Origin: Chrysomallon squamiferum | Lineage: Eukaryota > Animalia > Mollusca | Length of the DNA: 64,000 nucleotides | NCBI GenBank assembly: GCA_012295275.1 | Contig: CM022665.1 | Coordinates: 24,056,001 to 24,120,000 of the forward strand | Direction: 5' to 3' | Part shown: positions 1 through 17,767 of the stretch, one piece after another | How the letters are laid out: each line of letters begins with the position of its first letter | Numbering within the stretch: the first letter of the stretch is position 1 | The notes under the pieces: model-generated | What the model saw: only the letters and a program-made list of their open reading frames with translations | The model's database searches: none | What the model was told of the DNA's origin: nothing | Position numbers and translations under genes: made by a program

Positions 1-876
1 TTTCACAAGCAGAAACATACTGCACCAGAAAAAGAACAATCATTCACAAACATTGAAACAAAATAAAATACATAATTTCTGTTTTCTCCTTTCACATTAA
101 AATAATGAATAACTAACCAGATAAGCTAATCTCTGAACTAAACGATATAGGGAGACAAATACCAGTCTATAATAAACAAATGTTTAATGTATTTAATAGC
201 TCTTGTAACCAGGGAATTCCTTTTATCTGTGAAACCATGATGTGCAATACAGTAATGTTTCAACTAAAGGGTATGGGGAGAAAAATAACATGGTAAAATA
301 AATGCTTATTATATATAATAGTCCTAGAAGCCACTGCTTTAGTATGTAATACTTCTCAAAGTAAACATCATTTTTAATAAACTAACTTTTAAACAAAAAA
401 AGGTAAAGCGAAAAAAAATGCTAAACATTAAACATTTATAACATTCCTTGAAACTGGAAGATTAATTCATGTTTTTATAAATTTTATAAAAACAATAATA
501 TTAACCACTGAAATCAAACTTTTTTTTTATACACAATAAAAGTTCTTTTTTTCTACTAACTTATGAAAATGCAGAAATAACTGTTTCAAACCATTTGATT
601 ATCTAGGTTCTTTAGGGGGTTTTTCATATATTTTTGGTTTCTTTCTTTTTAAAATCATTACAAGACTTCAACAATAAACATTTTTGAAAAAAAAATCCAT
701 CGCATAATTATGCTAAAAAAAAAAATTTCAAGTTTAATGCTCAGTGGGCTCAGATAAAACTCTGAAATGGAACTCAAACTTTCTGTTCAGAAAAGAAACA
801 GTTTATACAACAGGCCAAGCTTTAACAACAAAACACTGCTGGCTGTGCACCAAATATTTCTAACCCATGGCAGACA

Positions 877-1031
877 TCACCGTCCCACTTTACCAAGTCT
901 ACTGTCAGTTTTAGGATTGGCTGTTATGGCTTGTACAGCAACAATGGCTGAATTTATCTGAGTCTGGAGTTCTCTCAAGTCCTTTATATGAAGAAGTCGC
1001 AGGATTTTTGCTGCTTCATTCATAATGTAAT
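877..1031 (-). CDS. RTRAF: RTRAF coding exon 8 (last)
   Basis: Acceptor ttcttgtag; (D)YIMNEAAKILRLLHIKDLRELQTQINSAIVAVQAITANPKTDSRLGKVGR then TGA at 879-877. Confidence 0.96.
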
Positions 1032-3647
1032 CTACAAGAAAGAAACAAATATTCAGTAGAGGTATCTTAAACTGAGTCTATTTACATTTTGGTTAACTGC
1101 ATTATTGTTGCTGGGCAGATGATTTTTTTTATATTTTTTTTTATAAATAGGAATAAAGAATACATGTCATCATACATAAATATAACTATGCAAGATTCAT
1201 TGAGAACAAATTAAAAAGAAATTATGAAAAGTGTTAGTTTTTAAAAAAGTTTTTGATTTCAAATAATGGTTTTATTTATAAGGAAAATATTAAAGAACAA
1301 TTACAACATATACAAATTAAACTAAATAGGCATATATATAATCATACAAAAAAAAGAAAAACATGTTTGTTTTCAAATCTTTCTTTTTGCTTCAGGTAAC
1401 AGATTACTGAGCTGTAGAGATTAACATGCACATCATTTTATGGGAAGCAATATCTACATATGGGAGATAATTCTTTGCTTTTATCATTGAAAAGGAAAAC
1501 TGAAATTTTCTGGTATCTTTTCAATATAAATTTCAGCTATTATTTATGCAATTTAACCAAGATTTCTTAACAAGTTTAACATAAAATAAAAATAAAATTT
1601 TATATCATATATAACTGAAAAAATATACTTACCACCTGCCTCAAATCCCAACTCCATTTTATCAAGAGGAATTTCATCAGGCTGAACAAAGAAAATTGAA
1701 TATTTTAATAATCTGTGTTAACTGATGATTACCATACAATAATTTTATTATGCAGGTATGTGATTTCCTGTAAAATTTTCACTAAAGAAATCCAAAATGA
1801 TCCCAGTTATCTGATGAACAGTCAAAGACAATTTTATCATGAAGTAATAATCACTGCCTACAAAATTTTCATTAAAAAATCCACATTAAAAGCACAGGGG
1901 AAAAAAAAGAAAAAAAAAAAAAAAAAAAAGAGAAGAAGAAAAAATTAAATAACATAAATTAAATGTAATATCCAACAATCAAAACGTTCTTCTTAACTAA
2001 TCTGAATAAAAAGAGATTTCTGAGGACCAGACTATTGGTTTTCCAAAAATATTTTTGCTGTATTACAATATAATGAATATTAAAAAACAAAACTGTGTTT
2101 ACTTTTTTCCCCTGAGCTGCATATGCAGCAATGGCTTCTTTCGACAGCTTTTCTTTCACAACTAAACATATTGCCTACAAAAAAATAAAATAATCAATAA
2201 TTAAAATAAACCCACACAAGTGACAGGTGACTATTATAAACATGATTTAATAATAATAAAAATGATTTAACCTGTATTACAACTGTCATACCTTTGAAAG
2301 ATTTAACAAGAGAATTTTCATGTCAGTAAGTAAAAATGTTTTGACTGATCAGTTAATCCAATAAACAGCCTGGAAAACATTAATTCTTTCAGACAGTTTG
2401 GATAATGCTTGGAAATGTTCATTGGTTCTCATAACAGATGTCTAAAGAAACAGCAACAAGATTTGACAACAGTTTTTACAGCTTTCAACACACATTTATT
2501 CTTAGACAATGCATGAGGAATACATGTGAAATATGTGACAATGACATTTACACATTTTTATTTGAGAATTATTTCTGAACCAAAATTTCAAGTAAGGTCA
2601 TTCTACTGTAATCACATCCAATCCTATTCTACATATATATATATATATATATATATCTGTAATATATACAATCCTACATTTAGTCTTGGCCATAGCAATG
2701 GTTTTGGAAGCCACCATTATCAAGTGGAAGAAATGATTTTCAATACTGGTCAAAACAGTTACTTAATATGAGTTGTAATAAATAAAACAGACATCTGATG
2801 TTATAACTTAAAGCACAAAATAGCTAACTGGTAATTATAAGCAAATGGGCTATACAGATGAAATATTAGAATAATAAAGCTTCTTTTTTCATCACATGTT
2901 TTTGGGAAAATGTATTTGTGTCTATTTAAACATTACTAAAGTAATTATGGCAGTTAAGATTTCTACAATTAAAAATACTTATTATAGCACAGTCAATGTC
3001 ACTGGTGCTGATGCTGACAGTAAGTGCAACACAGCAGCAAACTGACCACAAAATAAATTTAAAGAATAAAAGAAAACAAAATTCAAAACAAAAAAGAAAT
3101 AATAAATGCAGTTATATTTATTTTTGTCACTGTTATTGTACATATATTGTTTTTTAACATAAAAATATATCAACAAAATATCTATACATATCAGTGCACA
3201 CACATTACTTGTAAACAATAAATGTTTAAAGTTTTGGAATGAATTATTTTATAAAATAAATTACCTTAAGTTGTTGTAAATGGTCTGGGTGAGGTGGTAT
3301 CTGCAACATCATACAAAGAGAGGTAACTCCAGCCTTGAAATCAGGATCATCAACTGAAAAGCATTATATTCATAAAACATTTTTTGAAGCAAATGATCAA
3401 AGAACTATTAAAAATCAAGACTTTAATCAATTTATAGCATATATTCACAAACAGCTATTTTTTGTTTGTTAAGGGGACATATGTGTCAAAAATAAAAGGT
3501 TGTTATTTTTACGAAACTGAAAGTTGATGGAAACAATCCCCATATGTTACCATAAAAAACTAGTACTAGTTTATTTTTATGACAAATATTTACTTTTATT
3601 TTGGTACTCCATTTCATGAACATCTTCATCCCAAATCATTATATGTA

Positions 3648-3692
<45 letters not shown>

Positions 3693-6500
3693 ATGTAATT
3701 CAAACTGGTGAATATCTTATACATACATTTCTACAAAATAACAGAAATAAATTAGTATTTATTTACATACTTCAAAAGAAATAATTCCATTCATATTTTG
3801 AGAAAACAAGTTACAAGAAGGTTTTATGAAAAGAACTGTTAATTTTTCCCTGATTTTCTTTCTGTCATTTTGTAGTGTTTGTTTCTAAATATATGTATTC
3901 CAAATTTGGAATCTGTAGCCCAAATAGTTTTCATGCACCATCTAACACAAAATATTAAGATAGTACAAAAAAATGAAATATGATAAAAAAAACACCAAAA
4001 AAATGAAGTTATATAAACCAAATTTCCACTTATTGTTGCTAAAAGGATGATGTCATGCATTATTTTTATGTTATCTGTGTATATGAACTTCTTTTTGCAA
4101 AAAAATGGAAATATTTATCTGAAAAAGTAAACTTTTTTATATACATTTTATAAATGGCTGTGACAAAAAGTTAAAAAAAAAAACAATCTTGTTTCATCAA
4201 ATTTTCCAATGTTCAGACTTAGTGAGTCCCCTTACTTGATACATAGAACTGGGTGATATTCAGGACTGACTGGAATGGAATAGAGTACAATAACCAAAAG
4301 CAAACTGAGTGTACATTCCACAGGAATACTCACAATTCAGACTGTCCAGTGGATTAGAAGACTGGCCAGATGCACCTGTCCGACAAGTCTGAACACTCTC
4401 CGGTGTGACAGATTTGTACTTTTCAACTGGAACAAAACATACTCAGAAACAACATACATTCTAGTTTTGAAATGTTTGTTATATGTTACTTGCAAACATA
4501 CAAATTAATAATAATAATAGTAATAACTGAAAGACAAAAAACATTTGAAAAATGACGATATGATATATTATATTGCTCCCACATACCCACCAAAAAAAAT
4601 GAATATAAGTAAATAAGTAACTGTAACTTGGGGAAAGGAAAAAAAAAAAAAAAAAAAAAGTAAAGATTTAAAAGAAAGAAAGAAAAATTGTTCTAAAATA
4701 CCATTTATGTTCTGTTAATTCTGTATGGTTTCACTTTACTGGGATTTTTAAAGCACTATAGTGTTTTGTACATTTTCATTTCACTTCATTTTCACCACAA
4801 TTGAATACAAATTCTCCGTTTTGCCAATTTACCAAGGAATTTCGATCATTGTTGTTGATCATTGTCATGATGTCATTTGTGTCAATACATCAAGAAAGAA
4901 AATAAAATAGTTACAGAATTGAAATAATATGGAAATAACATATAACATCCTAGTATAATGAAAATAATAATAATAATAATTATAATAAAAAAACATGTGC
5001 TATACCAAAGCATGTTTCAGTTAACATGTATTTATATTAATAATTAAGAATATTTATCAGTTTTAACAAAAGAGAGCCAATATACAGCATACATCAAAAT
5101 GCTGGTAAACAGGCTATCCTAATTATGACTAAATATTAAATAAATAATTACCATTGTCACCATATTCCAGTCGAACAGCATAGCCCAATAGCCAGTCAAT
5201 TAAAGCAGCTTTATCATTAACATTCCATGGGCAGTTCAGCTGCTGCAAATACTAAATACATAAAAAAAAAAAAAAAATGTATTATTAACAAAAGTCATTG
5301 AAAAAAAAGAGAAGATAAAATTCAAAATTCAAAATTCAATAAAAATGTAAAGAAGATTTAGATAAATGTTCATTAAGAGAAATATAATTTATATATTTAT
5401 GAAATAAATTCATATAATGAAAAGGATCCAATTTATAATTTTATTAATAAATAACATTTTTAAAATTAATATATTATTATATGTCAGTTATTATTAGATA
5501 GATTAAATATGTATCTGTTATATTTTTATCACACTGACTGAAAATTTTCATCTTCATTCGCTATTCTTATTACAGATGTTATGTATAATTGCATCCAAAT
5601 AAATTCTAATGGCAAAAGAATAAAACAGAATTTGTGGCTGCAATAAATAATATATAATAATAATGACAATGATGATTAAGTTATTATAATGATGATGATC
5701 TTACACTTTCTAAAGCTTTTGTCCATTCTGGATTCTGGATGTTTCTCAGTGGTTCTCTGTCTTCAATCTTGTAATGTCTAATTTTCTGGTCTTCCAGCCA
5801 TAAAACCATGTTACGAAACTGATTTTCATCTAAAGAAATAATAATTTAAAAAACCATATTTTTAAAACTATATCCATCACCTGCCTGGACATTAAAGAAC
5901 TGTTTTGTGTATTAATTTACTTTCATTTGTGCTTCTTGATAAAAAAAAGAGTAAATTTACTGAATAACAATTCAATGACTGTGACATTTATGTAAGAATT
6001 TACCACAAACTTCAGCATTAAAAAGGTTTCTTAGTAGAGATGTTGATATAATATAAAAAATTAATGATAAGACTGCTGGGGTTATATATTAATAGAACAG
6101 AAATTAAATTATTTTCTGATAAATTAAACTCTGTAGGCATATTACATTTATTCAAATTAAAAAAATCGTAAAAATTGCCTCTTTGCGGGGTCGTTTCATT
6201 TTAATGTGTAACTATTTTGTTTAAAACTGACATCCGAATTACAGTTTTAATCTGTGGCAAATACTTCAATCACTAAACAAAAATTATTTTAAAATGAAAA
6301 AATAGTGTGCATTAATGATACTTAATTAGTTTAATACATCCGCCAGTCTTTGCTCGTTATGACAAAGTTACACACGAAAATACATATTGCACGACTACAA
6401 TACCGAATATGTGTAGTTTTTAAAAAAAACACCATTTACCTTCAATATTGAAATTATCAGGCTGTTGATAACTCAATGCAAGCAATTTTCTTTTATACAT
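877..6500 (-). CDS. RTRAF: RNA transcription, translation and transport factor (RTRAF/C14orf166/hCLE/CGI-99; subunit of the RTCB tRNA-ligase complex), 8 coding exons, 247 aa
   Basis: Exons on minus strand: 6500-6440, 5829-5705, 5251-5152, 4426-4334, 3353-3265, 2174-2103, 1681-1633, 1031-877. All introns GT-AG, total 744 nt in frame. Protein MYKRKLLALSYQQPDNFNIEDENQFRNMVLWLEDQKIRHYKIEDR...IDWLLGYAVRLEYGDN...DPDFKAGV...NEAAKILRLLHIKDLRELQTQINSAIVAVQAITANPKTDSRLGKVGR* matches C14orf166 family motifs (WLEDQKIRHYKIEDR, RLGKVGR C-terminus). Confidence 0.97.
1633..1681 (-). CDS. RTRAF: RTRAF coding exon 7
   Basis: tttgttcag|PDEIPLDKMELGFEAG|gtaagt, 49 nt. Confidence 0.93.
2103..2174 (-). CDS. RTRAF: RTRAF coding exon 6
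   Basis: ttttgtag|AICLVVKEKLSKEAIAAYAAQGKK|gtaaac, 72 nt. Confidence 0.93.
3265..3353 (-). CDS. RTRAF: RTRAF coding exon 5
   Basis: ttttcag|(F)DDPDFKAGVTSLCMMLQIPPHPDHLQQLK|gtaa, 89 nt. Confidence 0.95.
3469..4234. mobile_element. Decayed non-autonomous DNA transposon (Kolobok-like MITE) in RTRAF intron 4
   Basis: Termini ttaaGGGGAC (3469) and GTCCCCtta (4234). Subterminal inverted match gaaagttgatggaaacaa / ttgtttcatcaaattttc. TTAA flank with RR..YY ends is typical of Kolobok elements; the right TTAA is imperfect. Confidence 0.5.
4334..4426 (-). CDS. RTRAF: RTRAF coding exon 4
   Basis: ttgttccag|(V)EKYKSVTPESVQTCRTGASGQSSNPLDSLN|gtgagt, 93 nt. Confidence 0.93.
5152..5251 (-). CDS. RTRAF: RTRAF coding exon 3
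   Basis: tgtatttag|YLQQLNCPWNVNDKAALIDWLLGYAVRLEYGDN|gtaatt, 100 nt. Confidence 0.96.
5705..5829 (-). CDS. RTRAF: RTRAF coding exon 2
   Basis: ttctttag|(D)ENQFRNMVLWLEDQKIRHYKIEDREPLRNIQNPEWTKALES|gtaag, 125 nt. Confidence 0.96.
6440..6500 (-). CDS. RTRAF: RTRAF coding exon 1
   Basis: ATG at 6500-6498; MYKRKLLALSYQQPDNFNIE|gtaaat, 61 nt. Confidence 0.95.
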
Positions 6501-6683
6501 CTGTTAATAATTTCAACTGTATACACAGCAGATATCAAAATAAATTATATGCAATTCTGCATACACGTTGTATACGGTAAAGCTTCAAGAACGGTAACTC
6601 CCTGAAATGAACTGATGAATTCAGAATATGGATTTGCCTTATAATACTGTCAAAGCAGAAAAGATTTAAAAATGTATTTATTT

Positions 6684-6744
<61 letters not shown>

Positions 6745-6840
6745 TAAATTTTCATATTAATCAAATATAGATGACTTTTCAATAAACAAATTTAACAATA
6801 AAAAATATCTTGTTTCGATTCAAGCCATTTACTATCTTAC
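6501..6840 (-). other. Probable 5'UTR intron of RTRAF (non-coding first exon upstream of 6840)
   Basis: On the minus strand the ATG is immediately preceded by an acceptor-like ttattaacag, and a donor-like tcg|gtaag lies at 6840-6836. Confidence 0.5.
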
Positions 6841-7962
6841 CGACGACATCAGAAAACACTGATATATCATGTGATTAGTACAAAATCAAATAGCCTACGT
6901 AATTCAATAGCGGTCATAACTTAATTGGTGTAGTTGATTACTTATGGCGTTCAACATTGGCAACCCTAATTAGAATGCATGCGAGCAATAGCTTGATCAA
7001 AGTCTTAGAGAATAATAATTTTTAACTTACTATCACAGTCAAATATGTTTAGTTTGCTTGTTGTTGTTGTTTTGTTTTGTTTTTTGTTTTTATTTATTTA
7101 TTTTTTTCATTTTGCTATGTTTATCTTATCTTATTTTATCTTAATTTATCTTATTTTTAAAATTATTTATTTATTTTTAGTTAAAACTTCTACAGACATT
7201 TCTTTCATTATTCTTCATTTATTTAATTTTACAGCTTTTAAAAATACATTGTCTGATATACGCAAACATTGAAAATAGTTGATTATAAAATTATTAGCTG
7301 AATATGTAAGTAGACCTAATAATAATAATAATGATGATGATGATGAAAGAATGAAAGAATTTCATGATACAATGCAGTTAATGAGTTATAACAAGAATAG
7401 TAATTTTCATTCTTTTTTTCTTTTTCCATTCTTATTAGTGATCTATAAACATAATATATACATTCGTTTTAGTAACCTAGTAAATTTATACCACCCACAT
7501 ATTAGACATTAATTTTATATATCAATGTTATTAGTTATATTCTATGTTTTTCCCAAAACCAACATTTCAGAAACAAGCAATAGTTGTGGTTTTTACCTGC
7601 ATTCCTTAGCGCAGCGCCTCCTTTTGGGAATTTACCCACCTTTATAAGTCGGCCATGTTTGGGTTTACAGATCGTTTTCAATTTTAGGATTCCCATTACA
7701 AATTTGTTGTGTTTTTACATACAGCCACTATTTTGCGAAAATATATGGTATGAATTAATTTTTAGTGTATTTTTACTATAAATCTACCTTATTTTTAAAA
7801 TAGTAACAGACGCCTTAGTGCGTTTTCATTTATTGCAATGATTGTTTACAAATTATTATGGTCATCGCGTTCACATTCAATATAAGATTAAATTTCAGTA
7901 TGTCAACGGCGAAAAAATATTAGTGTGTGATTATATTTGATATTGTTACAAAATATTTAACA
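6841..7962. promoter_or_regulatory. Divergent (bidirectional) promoter region and 5'UTRs of RTRAF and CCDC85
   Basis: Start codons point away from each other about 1.46 kb apart. CpGs are locally retained here compared with the flanking gene bodies. Confidence 0.7.
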
Positions 7963-12388
<4,426 letters not shown>

Positions 12389-15196
12389 AATTGAAAAGGA
12401 TTGATTCTTTTCAAGATGTATAATAATCTATCATCATGGTTTTGACATTTGGGCTTTTGTTTACTTTCTGTGAAAAGATACCGTAAAACAGTAAAATTGT
12501 TATTAAAGAAAGACATTATATTTAAATAAATCCAAATAAATCTAGAATTTTAGTTCTTTACGTTTGTGTGTCTCTTTAGTAATTATTTGTTTTGAATGCC
12601 AGACATTTAGTTGAAATTCAACATCATGTATTTCCTGTCTAAATAAAACAAAAAGCAAGTTCCATTTATTGATAAAAGTTGGCCATTTTTATACTTCAGT
12701 TCAAATGTAATTTTATTTTATTTATATATTTTTTTTTAAAAACAATAAAAAAAGATTTAAAGACATGTTTATTTAATGCAGTGGACAGGCTGAATTCACA
12801 GATGCACTTAAAATAAAGCTCAGAAATGTCTTAATCATGATGATGTATACATTTTTGTGTATTTTTCTTTTTTCATTCACATAGATTTGGTAATGGTATC
12901 TTTGTATTTAGTTTCTCATTAAAATTTTCTCTTTGACCTTTTGACATTTAATCTTTCTTGATGGTTTGGGGATTTATTTCTTCATTATCTTATTTTTTTC
13001 TTTATATTAAAGCAGATTATAATTTCTTTATTTTTTTTATTTTTTTATTTTTATTTTTTGTCAGGGTGTGTTTATTTCCACCTAAACATTTATAATAATG
13101 TTTGTTAAATTTATCTCATAAAATTTAACAAAAACCATGTACTCAGCTAGTCCAATTTTCATTAATTAATAAAAACATCATCATATATAGTATTGTTTTA
13201 AATTTAGTATTTATTTACCAGTTGGTTTCACTGAAAACTAGTCTCATAAATTGTATTTGGGATCTAGCATTTACTATGAAATCCAGTCCAAACCTGACAG
13301 TTGGAATTTAAAAATTGTCTTATTGATTTTGAAACTAAATAATTATTTGATTATGTCATCATTTACAGCAGCCTTTCATTTCATTATAATAATAATACTA
13401 ATAATTTATAATTATAATTTTTTTTATTCATAGAAACATCTTTTTATAAAAAAGAAAATTTTAGGGTCAGGTAAAATGTTTAGGGTTTTGAAATTGTTTA
13501 TTTTGAAAAACTTTTTAAAGACATTTTATATTGCTTCTCATTTATTTAATTTGTGTTTAATATTATAATATTGCAAAGATCTGAATATGATGATTATTTA
13601 TTGTTAAATATTGATGCTTTTTGCAGTGTTTATTTTTTTTATTTGTAATTTTAAATTTAAAATTAATATCATTTTAACTAATGATAATGTTAATACATCG
13701 TAAAACAACTAAGAAGAAACTAATTTTGTTTTAGCTTTCATCAGTCAGTTTAAATTTTTTTCTATGAGTCATTTATTTTTGAATATTTTATTTAATTGAA
13801 ATAAGTTCCTATTCATGTACTTTTTGACAATTAATATATGTCTTCAAGTCTAAAGGGATATTGAGAGTTGAGTCATCTCCCTTGAAGGTTCACATACCAG
13901 TATAATCAGTCACCAGATTTTACATGGAGTTAAGTATTATACAAGTGAAATCAGATTACTGAACCTGAGAAATAGTTGTGTCACATCACCCTTTTTTTGT
14001 GATTTGTTTCTTTGTTGTTTCTTAAATCACTATTTTGAATATTTGTTGCAGTCAGGGATGAACTGCATCTTGACAAACAAGTAACAGCTGTTTTTAAATA
14101 ATGCATGATAATATTTCACGTGCAACAAAATCTTGTATATAACAAATGGTATGTGTCTAGATGGTCAAAAGAAAAGAAAATAATAATAATAATATGCAAA
14201 AGTATAGCAATAAAGTAAGAAAAGTATTTGGTGTATAAAAGAATTTTAATTCATAAAATATCAGAAACGTCACTTTGTCTTTGGTGACAGGACTAACATC
14301 AGTTCTTATAATATTAAGATGTTTACAGATGCCAAGGATATAGTTAATAATTAGACATCACAGTGGTGAAATTTTATTTCCAAATAATATTAAATTATTC
14401 AGTTGAGGTTTCTATACCAGTATATATATATATATATATATAGAGTATGATAAATAATTTTTATATTTTTTGTTTGTTTCAATATGTGCATTTAATAATA
14501 ATTATAAAACATATTATCCTGAAGTTACTGGATTCAAAATGGCTGATGATATCTAATCTGAGACTTAATGTTTTGATGTTTTCTTTGTGGATTGTACCAT
14601 TGTTGATAACAAAATATTTCTTGTTACAGATCATATATTCCCAGTATTTTTGTAACTTATTTTCTTTTATACAAAATTATTAATTCCGAAATCTTTTATC
14701 GATATACAATAATCAATGTTATTTATTTAAAAGGCAGCTCAGTAATTCAACTGTGCCAAATATATAATTATATTTATAAGCAAACTGCATCAAAATATAT
14801 TGTCTTTAATATTCTGGGTAAATTCCATCATTCTGACTTTATTTAAAATACATTAATGTTTTTTTTAACAATGAAACATCTTACAGTAATTTGTTAACTT
14901 TTTTTAATTTTTTTTTTTTTTTAAGTAATGGAGAATTAGGATGGTAAAAACATTAAGGTTGTGTAACAATGTGTTGTGAATTTTAAACGTTTTAAAGCAT
15001 GGTTAAATCTTTTAATCATATGTTTACAACAAAGTATTTATTCAGTTACTGAATTTTACAAATATATATACTATGTATATATATATTTTACTTATGGTGT
15101 GTTTTCCTGTTGTAAAATATTGTATTTATCAATTTTTTGGTAAAAAATATCCTCATGAAAACACAAAAAACTCCTGTGTGTGTATGTGTGCACACA

Positions 15197-15235
<39 letters not shown>

Positions 15236-15236
15236 G

Positions 15237-15268
<32 letters not shown>

Positions 15269-15433
15269 AACTAGCAATAAATGTTTATTGTTCATGTTTA
15301 TTTTATTGCTGTCATTTTGAAAGTAATTATGGATAATTACTGTTCATCAGTTAAATTGTCTTCTGTGTTTTTGTTTTCGAAAGAAGATAGACCACTGATG
15401 GACACAAATATTACTACTGGCAAAAGGATTTTT

Positions 15434-15474
<41 letters not shown>

Positions 15475-16154
15475 TTTTTAATCACAGATTTATTTCATAA
15501 ATATTGCATTAATGTTATCTAATGGTTTGGCATGTAAAATTGCTTTTGTATAACTTACAAGTTTACCTTTCATATTATTAAATCTGCATTCAAAACAAAT
15601 GGAAGATTTTTCAGTAGAAGAGGATTCAGAAATACATTTTTCATAATTACATTTAATCTATCTCAAAATATTCTTTAAACCAAAAAAAAAAAAACAAAAA
15701 GAAATGTTTTATTTTAAAATATATGACAATCCACGATATGTTTGTGATAGTATGTTTCACTGCCAAAAAAAAACAAAAACAAAACACCTACGATTGTATA
15801 ATGACACTGTTGATTTATTATCTAGCTGATAAAAAAAGAATTGCTATGACTTTTTTTTGTTAGTAAATTGTTACACTGAGTGCCTAGTTGTTATGGTTGT
15901 GATTGTACATCTCACATTAAACTTCAGAGATTTTATTATAGTTATTATGTACAAATTTAAATGCATTTATCACATTTTTATGAAGTAGTAATTTGTTTTT
16001 CTTTCTCTCTTCCTTTTCTTTGATAGTTAACAGATTTTACATGTTGGTAGTGTATAATATTTCTTTTTTCACATTTTTTTTTTTTTTTTTTTCCCCCAGA
16101 AACTGCTTAATTTGAGATTTTTCTAAAATACTGTGTGACATGTCTCATTAGCTA

Positions 16155-16160
16155 AATAAA
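16155..16160 (+). terminator. Candidate distal polyadenylation signal of CCDC85
   Basis: AATAAA followed about 20 nt later by a long GT/T-rich tract, close to where CpG depletion ends. Other AATAAA hexamers exist upstream. Confidence 0.35.
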
Positions 16161-17121
16161 TTTTAGCAGTAGAAACAATTGTTTTTGTGTCATCTGTTCA
16201 TTATGTTTATCTTTCTGTTTGCTGTTTCTTTCTCTCTTCCACTCTTTCTGTGTATATGTGTGAGTGTGTATGTGGCTCCATATAAATAAAGTTTTAAGTC
16301 CTATATTAGCTGGACTTGTAATTGTTTAGTGATGAAAGCTTTAATGTTTATATAACTTTGTTTAATAATTCAAAACTATCTTATGAATTATATGAATTAT
16401 ATTCTTGTAATAAGATTGTAGTCTAATCATAACCTGATATTTGTTTCTGTATTTCCTATTGCACCTTTGGACACCGTTGTCTTTTATTACATTAAAATCT
16501 CCATTTTAAGTAAATCGAAAACACAACTGTCAGTTTTTGCAAAATCCAAACATGCCAAAATATATATATTCATTTTGTTCGTTGTCTACATTTTAGTGTG
16601 CGTGATGATCAATATACTGAGATAATTAACGTAGAATTTATCGTAGAAAGACATGAGTTGTTTCCCTTGCATCAAATCTCAACGTAGTTTCTTAACGTGG
16701 GTAACCCTAACTTGTAAAAGGTCATTGAAGACTAATTTTGTTTTTGTTTATTTAATTGCTGATAAGGCACATACAAAATTTAATTAAGTAAAGCCATGTT
16801 ATAATGTTAAAATATTTTTTTTATTTTTTATAATACCTTTATTTCTGTTCTATAACACTTTTATGGGTCATCCTTGGTGCTAACAGTGTAATATAGTTAC
16901 AAAGAAGCGTGCGTGTTTTTCTTCAGACTTCTTGATTAAAAATACTGTTAACTTTTCTTTACTTCTTTAAATGTAAAAACTGATAAATATGCATTAGTCG
17001 GATTCACTGATTACTTTCTGGTCTATGTGAAAACTAATGCTTAAAAATTATAAATAAATTTCAAAAAAATTATGATGATGATGATAATAATAATAATAAT
17101 AACAACAACAATAATAATAAC

Positions 17122-17767
17122 TTCGGTCGAAGAACGTTTCTGAATTTTCCTTGGTGTCATTCGTCGCAGGATTAGTCCTCTCCTGTGCTACCACTGAGCT
17201 AATTCTGATGTGTGAGAAGGCGCATGTAATAGATTCAGTGACTCTCCCGTTTACATAATCTAGTGTAGGGGTGTCAAACTCGAGTCTTGCATAGGGCCGC
17301 ATAAGAAAATTTGAGTAGGTTTGGCCGCACAAACAGAACTTAGAAACAAAAAGTGTATTATAAATGTCTGTTTTCTTTTTTTTTTTTTTTTCTTAACAGG
17401 AGGAGGAGCATTTGCCATTTTAAAGGAAAAATTTCTGTTTACAACTGATAAATGAGCTGCGCGTGATTCGCCGGAAGTTAAATGAAAAAGTCGTACAAAA
17501 AACAACAACACTGAAACGATTTAAAAATATATATATATATATATATTTACAAAGATAAAACGTGCTCGCGCTGTAGAAATGTTTGTACGGCCCGTGGTCC
17601 GCAATCTTGCTTGTAAAGGGCCGCATGTTTGACATGGCTGATCTAGTGGTCCTTAACCATGTGTATATCGTCATATAATCGTAAATTTAAAACAACAACA
17701 ACAACAACAACAAAAAAACCCAACCAACTTCAGCATATTATTAAATAAACCATTTCTTCATTTCTTT
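17122..17767 (+). mobile_element. Decayed tRNA-derived SINE (Deu/Nin-domain-like) split by a hAT MITE
   Basis: 5' part ...tgtgtgagaaggcgcatgtaatagattc and 3' part gtggtccttaaccatgtg...ttaaataaaccatttc resemble a gastropod SINE consensus I recall. Related reverse copies lie at ~58.9-59.5 kb. Boundaries approximate. Confidence 0.5.
17266..17640. mobile_element. hAT-superfamily (Charlie/Buster-type) MITE, 375 bp
   Basis: TIRs taggggtgtcaaac / gtttgacatggctg; perfect 8-bp TSD ATCTAGTG (17258-17265 and 17641-17648) with central TA; subterminal gggccgca repeats. Confidence 0.9.

Noticed and set aside
767-961. Plus-strand 64-aa ORF
   Set aside because: Antisense shadow of RTRAF last exon
7927-7962. 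ORF-track start of CCDC85 at GTG 7927 and read-through to 8748
   Set aside because: Eukaryotic gene: first ATG in good context is 7963, and the frame leaves at the donor after 8680
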